DNA of 64,000 nucleotides from Vicugna vicugna (taxonomy: Eukaryota). The translations under genes were made by a program, and so were the position numbers. The stretch lies in NCBI GenBank assembly GCA_013265495.1, contig MU057584.1:350608-414607 (forward strand). The letters run 5' to 3'. Within the stretch, counting starts at the first letter, position 1. The number at the start of each line of letters is the position of its first letter. Below are positions 57,413 through 64,000 of this stretch, piece by piece. Below the pieces are notes generated by a model that was not told the DNA's origin, made no database searches, and saw nothing but the letters and a program-made list of their open reading frames with translations.

Positions 57413-58899
57413 ATACACTCATCATTACGTGTTTACGATTCACGCTGTTGGTATGTGTGTCCAGTTCATTCATTGGAACTGCTGTGTGGGAGTCCTTTGT
57501 GAGAGTAGACCACAATGAATTATTCATCCCTCCTCCTGCTGATGGACGATTGCCTTGTTTCCAGTTTTCTCCACTTCCGACAAGGTTGCAATTAACATCC
57601 CTGAACATGCCTCTTGGAGTTTCTTAGGGCAGTATTTTTCAACCTGCCCAAAAAGATGCATTAGTGGGTTGGGAAATCAATTTAGTGGGTTACAAACACA
57701 ATTTTCCCTTTAATGAAACGATGTTAAATGGAACAGAAAATATTAGAGCACATGCTCGGGGTAAGGATTACTCTGAAATTATTTCAGGTGTATAATGTCC
57801 CAATGTGAGCAAAAGTGTGTACAAATCACAGCTCTGAAGGATGTAGCTGGCAGTGGACTCGCCCTGCCAAGTCTTTAATGGATGCTGTTAAATTACTCTC
57901 CAACTAAATCTGTCCACTTACGCTTGCATCAGCTCCTCATCAACGCTTGACATAGTCAAAATTTTGAATTTCTGCCAGGCCAATGAATTTTCACCCTATT
58001 TCCCAGAATTCAGAGAGAAAACGTAAAGCTTGACACACAGGGCCCCACAGGGAGTGTTTAATAAATGTTCTCTATTACGATTATTCTCTGATTAGAACAT
58101 TAGAGCATTCTCTAAATAGGCGCACATTTGTAATCAGAACTTGGCTAGGTCTCCTGGCCGGGGCGTGGCCTGGATGCCTTGGGGATAGAGGGACGCTCCG
58201 GTCCACAAACGCCCCCGAGTGGCCGCGCAGCGCACAGCCGGGGCTGTGTTGATGCTACAAGTAGCCCAAGCTGCGGAGAAAATCACGCCCCTCCAGCCCT
58301 GCGAGGACCAGCCGGGTCTGGGCCTTGGAATTCATGAACCCCATCTTCCCGCTTCATCCCCTGGGGACCAAGAAACCCCCGTCCCCTTTGGAAATCTATC
58401 TCAGCTTCAGCCAGATTTCTCGTAGGCCCCTGCCCTGAGGACCCAGGAATTACGTCACCAAATTCTTGCTCCCTCAGATACTCTCCTCCCAACTCCAGCT
58501 CTTAGGGGACCCAGAGGTCTGGGCACGTTGTGTTCCTTCTCGGGGACAAAGGGATCCCGCTATCCCCCTAACATTTTCTCCTAGAAAATTCAGCTCTCTG
58601 ACCTTTCAGCTCTCTGACCTTTAATCTTCAGCCGCGACCCAGGATCGCTAAACTCCCAGCCCCACCCGCGCCCCCAACAAAAATCCCAGGTTTCCCCCAA
58701 TCCCTCATCCACTGCAAGCTTGGGACCCAGCCCTCAGCCCTTCCCAAAAGGGGCCCAGGCATCCTACCTGCAATTCCCACCCACTCAGGAAGTCCTGTCT
58801 CCACCCACCGCAGCCACCCTATCCGGCTCTCCTTTGGGGATCAGACTTTAGAACCTCATCTCTAGGGAACCCAGTTGTCAGAGCCCCCAGCCCCCGCCC

Positions 58900-59480
58900 C
58901 CCTTGGGAGACACAGGTACCTTGCAGTCCCCTCCCCGGTTCCCCAGGGCCCGCCCTCACCTCCCCGGCCCCGTCCCGCCCTCACCCCGGGCTGGGCGGCG
59001 CCGCGCCTTTCCCCGCCGCACCCGTCCCTCCCCGGGCAGCCGAGGGACCCATGGCTGTGGCGGCCCTTCGGGGATGGCAAAGGGGAGAATCCCGCGCGTT
59101 CGGCCGGGCGGTGAAGCTCCTGCAGCGCCTGGAAGAGCAATGCCGGGACCTCCGGCTCTCCTCGAGTCCCCCGTCGCTGCGGGACCTGCTGCCCCGCACC
59201 GCGGAGCTGCTGCGCGAGGTGGCGCAGGCACAGCGGGCGGCCGGCGGGGGCGGCCCCGAGGGCCCCGGTGGTGCGGTGGACTTTCTCGCGGTCTATCTTG
59301 CTAACCTGGAGGCCAAGAGCCGGCAGGTGGTGGCACTGCTGCCACCCCGGGGCCGAAAGACCGCCGCCGACGAGCTCTTCCGGGAGGGCTCCAGACTCAG
59401 GTGAGCCTTTGCCCCGGGACAAAGGTGAGATCGCCAGCGAGGCCCAGGTCCTGCTCGCAGCTCCCTCCGCCCTCGGACCC
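58900..59480 (+). promoter_or_regulatory. CBLC: CBLC promoter/exon 1 CpG island
   Basis: High GC and CpG density with CCCCGCCC boxes upstream of ATG 59051. Confidence 0.8.
59051..59400 (+). CDS. CBLC: CBLC exon 1 coding part (350 nt)
   Basis: ATG 59051 in a CpG island; donor AG|gtgagc. Confidence 0.93.
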
Positions 59481-62400
59481 AGGAGTCCCAGTCCCAGTCC
59501 CTTCTTCCTAAAGGAACCTGGAAAACTAGGCCTCCCAGTTTTTTCCTTCCTTGGGCACCTAGGCTCTCAGCCCCCCATTCCCTCTCTTCTTGGCTTAGAA
59601 GCCGGCTGGCCCACCCAGAGAATTTAGACACATATCCTGGAACATGGGGACCTCAGGGTGCTTCCTGCATCCTAATCACTGGAGAAAGTCAGCGCCCCTG
59701 CCGGGAACCTCCCAAGGCCTGTCTGGAGCAGCAGCTGTCAACCGTGTCATGCCCCCACACCCCTTCTTTATAGCAAATATTTTGTAAGGTTTCCTTAAAT
59801 CCATCCTGAGATGAAATTCACAGGGTCAATAACCTACCTCCTCATAATTCCTTAAAAAACATTATAAGACCCAAACTGTATTATAAGGGAGTGATCAAAG
59901 GAACGTTCTTCATAATAAATGTATCTATATTTTGAATGAAAATGCCAAGGCACAATTACCATTGCTCTGGAAGGCAGAACGGACTAGTCAGACACTTGGA
60001 CCTGTACAGAGAAATCACTATGTTGCTGAAACAAACTGACTTCCCTTGATACATAGGATAGTTGGATTTCTGTAAAATTCAGAATCAATTTTAAATGTGC
60101 AAAAAAATACTTGTGTAAAACGGAATTGGGTTCTAGGTTCAGATCATTACAAATGGATTTTCCACCTTCATGAATGTCTGGTGGGACACTGGAAAATTGA
60201 GAGAGATGTGGGCAAATCTTGCTGGAGGGGATTGTCCCTATAATCCAGCCTCCGCACCCTAACTACCATGTCAAGGAAATTTCCAGAAGCTCCTTAGGAG
60301 GGTGGTATAATTCTGCTGAGAATCACTGTTCTAGATTCAGTGGGTTCTAGAAACTAGGAAGCTTTGGGGCTCAATGAGTGTCTTAGTGGATGTTACAGAG
60401 TTTCAGGATCCTAGCAACTCTTTGAAGGAAATTCTAAACCAGAAAACTCCACTAAAATCTAATGCAAGCCAAACAAGCAGCTTTCCATTTTCCAGTAGAC
60501 ATATTACAAAGAGTTTTTTTAAACAGGTGAAATGAATTTTAGTAACATTTTCTTTAACTCACTATATCCAAAACATTATCACCTCAGTATAATCAATATA
60601 AGGCGATGATTAACGAGATAGTTCACATTTTGTTTTCCCTTTTGCGTTGTTTCAGAAATCTGGTGTCTATTTCATACTTAGAGCACATCTCAGTTTGAAC
60701 CAGTCACATGTGAATAGTGATTCCATTATAGACTCTGGGAAGGGAGGATGCTTAGAAACTGTCAAGGGTGGCCCTATAAAAGGTCTCAGGAATCCTACAG
60801 ACCTAGCCCAAGGAGACTATTAACACAAAATAAAAAAAAAACAGTAATAGTAATTAACATGCCCTGAGTGCAGCCTTATGCCACACTGTGCTAGGCATTT
60901 TATGTGCTTAGAAGATGTGTAAGAATCCTCATCACTCCCCCAGTGACCCAGGGGCTGTACTTACCCTGTATGTATGCCCATTTCACAGTTGAGGAAACTG
61001 AGGCTTTGGGGGTGGGAAAAAGGAACTTGCCGAAAACCACACAGCTCAGTGTCCGAGCTACCCTCTGCTGCTCACCAAATTCTGAGCAGTCCCTCGGGGA
61101 GGCAGCCAGCAGGAAAAAGCTCAGGAACCCACCATCCAGAGCTGCTAAAACCAAGAGGGAGTCTCCAAGCGTGACCTATACTCAGACCACCCTAAATGGC
61201 CCCAGCCCTAGTGGTCCGCGTGTCTGACTAGGCAAGGCTTCTCCTCCAGCCCCAACCCCAGGCTTCAGGCAGAGGCTGGGATTTGTCTGCTGGAGGATGC
61301 CTTCGGTATTGGAAGAAGGGCAGTACCTCCCTTTCCTTCACAGATGGGGAAACCAAGGTTCCGAGAGGGGAGACATTAGGGCTGCAACAAGCAGTTTGGG
61401 AATTGACTTTTACCCTGCACTGACGCCTTAGGGAGATTCTGGGGGCCTCGTCCCTGTGGGTGTTCCCCACCGAGGGTGCAGGAGTCAGTGGGAGCCCCAA
61501 GGTCCAGCCCAGATCCTCAGAGCCCATCCCCACAGGCGACAGCTGGCCAAGCTGGCCCTCATCTTCAGCCACATGCATGAGGAGCTGAGCGCGCTCTTCC
61601 CCGGAGGAAAGTACTGCGGAAACACGTACCAGCTCACCAAGATCCCAGCCCACACTTTCTGGAGGAAGCACTGCGGAGCCCGGTGAGTGAGCACTACCCC
61701 TGGGGCCCCTCAGCATCTGGAGCCTCATCCTGCCCCTGCCCAGGGACCCAGGAGTCCAGGCCCTGAGCCCCTCTTCCCTCAGACCCAGGAGTCCAGGCTC
61801 CCAGTTGTTTCCTTCCTAGAAGGTGCTCCCATCCTAGGCTCCCAGAAGCTTCAGCTTCGTTCCCCCACCCGCTCCATCTAGGTGTGTGCTGCCCTGGGCT
61901 GAGTTTGAGGCACTCCTGTGTATCTGCCACCCCGTGGAGCCAGGCTCCACCGCCCTGGCCTTGCGCTCCACCATTGACCTCACCTGCAGTGGCCACGTGT
62001 CCATCTTCGAGTTTGACGTCTTCACCAGACTCTTTCAGGTGAGGGGAGGCCAAAGCTGGAAGCTTAGACTTTTGGGTCCTGGGGGAAGGAGAGGCTGGGA
62101 GCCCAGACTCCTAGATCTGAGGGAGGAGGGGCTAGGGACCCGGACTCCTGGGTCCTGGAGAAGGAAGAGTCTGGAATCTTCTGTGTCAGAGATATTCCTG
62201 AGGCCTACCATGGGTGTGAGCAAGGTAGTGGGAGGCACTAGGGGTGAGGGCTGCTTCCTCAGCCCCTCCCTCACCCAAGTGCTGCCTCACCCTAGCCATG
62301 GCCAACACTCCTCAAGAATTGGCAGCTGCTGGCAGTCAACCACCCGGGCTACATGGCCTTCCTCACATATGACGAAGTCCGAGCACGTCTACAGGCCTGC

Positions 62401-63492
62401 AGAGACAAGCCAGGCAGGTAAAAGGACCCGGCCTCAGGAGAAGGAGGCTGCAGGAGGTGCAGGGGTCTGGGTCTTGGGCTGGGGCGATGGAAGCCCAGAC
62501 ATCCTTCAGACAGCAAGGGCCACAGTACATGGGACCCCAAAGGGTCGAGAGCTCAGAGGTAAGATGCTAATGCCTCTTACCTCTGCAGTCTGGGTTCTCC
62601 AAGGACCACCTAGACCTTCCCACAGTCCAGCAGTTAAAGGGACAATGCCTGCTCTGGTAGGGGGGCCTGAAGACCCTGCCCCAGGACAAATGTGTTTCTG
62701 ACAGCTCAGAGCCCATGCTGTACCAGCTGTTAAATATTTTGTATGTGACCTTCTGACCTGCTGGACTTCACCTGCTGGAAGTTGCACTTCAAACTGGTGT
62801 AAAGGGAAAGAGAAATTAATGAATTCCCATAATTGAAAAGACCAGGTGCAAGTTTCAGGCACATCTGGATCCAGGTGCCCAAGTGCTATTATCAGAAATT
62901 GGTTCCTGTTTTTCCCTGGCTTCCTCCGTGTTAGCCTCATTCTCAAATATAGTCTTTCCTCATGGTGGTAAATGGTTTCTAGAAGCCCCAGCCCTACACT
63001 CTGCCAGTTTAGCAACCCCTGTAGAATGTGGGTGCCTTGCTCCTGATACTTCCAGCAAAATTTCCAGAGTTGATTCCCACCACTATGATCAGGGTCCTGA
63101 AATGCACTGGTTGGCCAAGACAGAATCAGTGTTGTCTAAACCCCAGAGAAGGTGGAGGAGGAGCCAAGCAGGTAAAAACAGCAGGTGTTCCCTATGGTGG
63201 CGGATGGGGATCTAGCCTAAAAAGGAGGAAGCTGGGTTATAAGGGATTGAGGACTTAAACGCCTGGATCCGCACTAGGGTAAGGGGCCGGGAGGTTCCAG
63301 AAGGGACAGCAGTGACCACTCCCTAACCCCATCCCTTCCTACCTCTTCCTCCAGCTATATCTTCCGGCCTAGTTGCACTCGCCTGGGACAGTGGGCCATC
63401 GGATATGTGAGCTCAGATGGCAGTATCCTGCAGACCATCCCTCTCAACAAACCCCTGTTCCAGGCACTCCTGGAAGGACAAAAGGAAGGCTT
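59051..63492 (+). CDS. CBLC: CBLC (Cbl-c E3 ubiquitin ligase), exons 1-5 encoding the TKB domain; gene continues beyond the window. Exons 59051-59400, 61536-61682, 61882-62038, 62296-62417, 63355-63492
   Basis: [31 protein letters not shown]...[102 protein letters not shown]. These are the Cbl 4H/EF-hand/SH2 motifs. Position downstream of BCL3 identifies the CBLC paralogue. Confidence 0.96.
60450..60735. mobile_element. MER33-like DNA transposon fragment
   Basis: AAACAGGTGAAATGAATTTT...TATCCAAAACATTATC...AGCACATCTCAGTT is similar to the 3396-4485 element. Confidence 0.55.
61536..61682 (+). CDS. CBLC: CBLC exon 2 (147 nt)
   Basis: ccccacag|G CGA CAG CTG...GGA GCC CG|gtgagt. Confidence 0.95.
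61882..62038 (+). CDS. CBLC: CBLC exon 3 (157 nt)
   Basis: catctag|G TGT GTG CTG...CTC TTT CAG|gtgagg. Confidence 0.95.
62296..62417 (+). CDS. CBLC: CBLC exon 4 (122 nt)
   Basis: ccctag|CCA TGG CCA...CCA GGC AG|gtaaaa. Confidence 0.95.
63355..63492 (+). CDS. CBLC: CBLC exon 5 (138 nt)
   Basis: cctccag|C TAT ATC TTC CGG...GAA GGC TT|gtgagt. Confidence 0.95.
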
Positions 63493-64000
63493 GTGAGTCA
63501 TCATCCTAGCAGGGGGAGGGTGTCAGCAGAACACACTGCAAAAGCTCATGCCTATTGAGCACTGCCCTAGATCACTACGACAGAGGGCACAGGGTTCACA
63601 GAGCAAACATAAATTTGCAATACTCCAGTGTTCCAGCAGGTGGCAGACAAGGATCCAGAGGAAGGGGCACCTTTCCTAGTTCCCACAAAGCTGCCATATT
63701 GGGCTAGCGGCAGCTCGGAGCTGTGTGTGGAAGTTGGGCACAACCCCAGTGGCCACCTTCCTTGGACTTGCACTCAAGGGCCTTTGCTTCTAGATAGCCA
63801 TATCCTCTTCTAGAATCCAGACCAGTTAGAGCAGGAGAACTGGGCAAAAAGTTAGACTGGGGTTTTCAATCTGTAATCTGGGCTGCCCCGGAGCCCCTCT
63901 TTTGGAAGCTGCCTTGGGTAGGAGGGGAGGGGGAAAAAAGGCAGGTGAGGTTCCTGAATCTTACCCTGGACCTTTAACCAGAGCCTTCTTAGCTAGCAGA

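Noticed and set aside
61886..62701. 271-aa plus-strand ORF
   Set aside because: This is CBLC exon 3 reading through into intron sequence. Cbl homology stops at the 62038 donor.

Overview
Mammalian genomic DNA, GC-rich and syntenic with the human chr19q13.3 CEACAM16-BCL3-CBLC block. Five tRNA-derived SINE copies of the Vic-1 type point to a camelid (alpaca/llama/camel). Three protein-coding genes lie on the + strand, reconstructed by hand from GT-AG junctions and reading frame. CEACAM16 has 6 coding exons (8174-15574, 424 aa). BCL3 has 9 exons (39856-48785, 454 aa). CBLC contributes its first 5 exons (59051-63492) and runs off the window. The rest is SINE/L1/L2/MLT1/MER repeats and candidate regulatory DNA. 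Most notable observations: (1) the CEACAM16 N2 exon is flanked by two ~42-bp L2-like tandem arrays in opposite orientation, a possible exon-looping or circRNA architecture; (2) CBLC exon 3 is similarly bracketed by inverted MSR1-like units; (3) a perfect 439-bp tandem duplication with a 1-nt junction insert; (4) a diverged 138-bp duplication in BCL3 intron 1; (5) a promoter-like motif cluster plus a consensus splice donor inside a CEACAM16 intron; (6) a strong CTCF motif between CEACAM16 and BCL3. Repeat boundaries and subfamily names are by eye and approximate. Comparisons to human are from memory, not from alignment.
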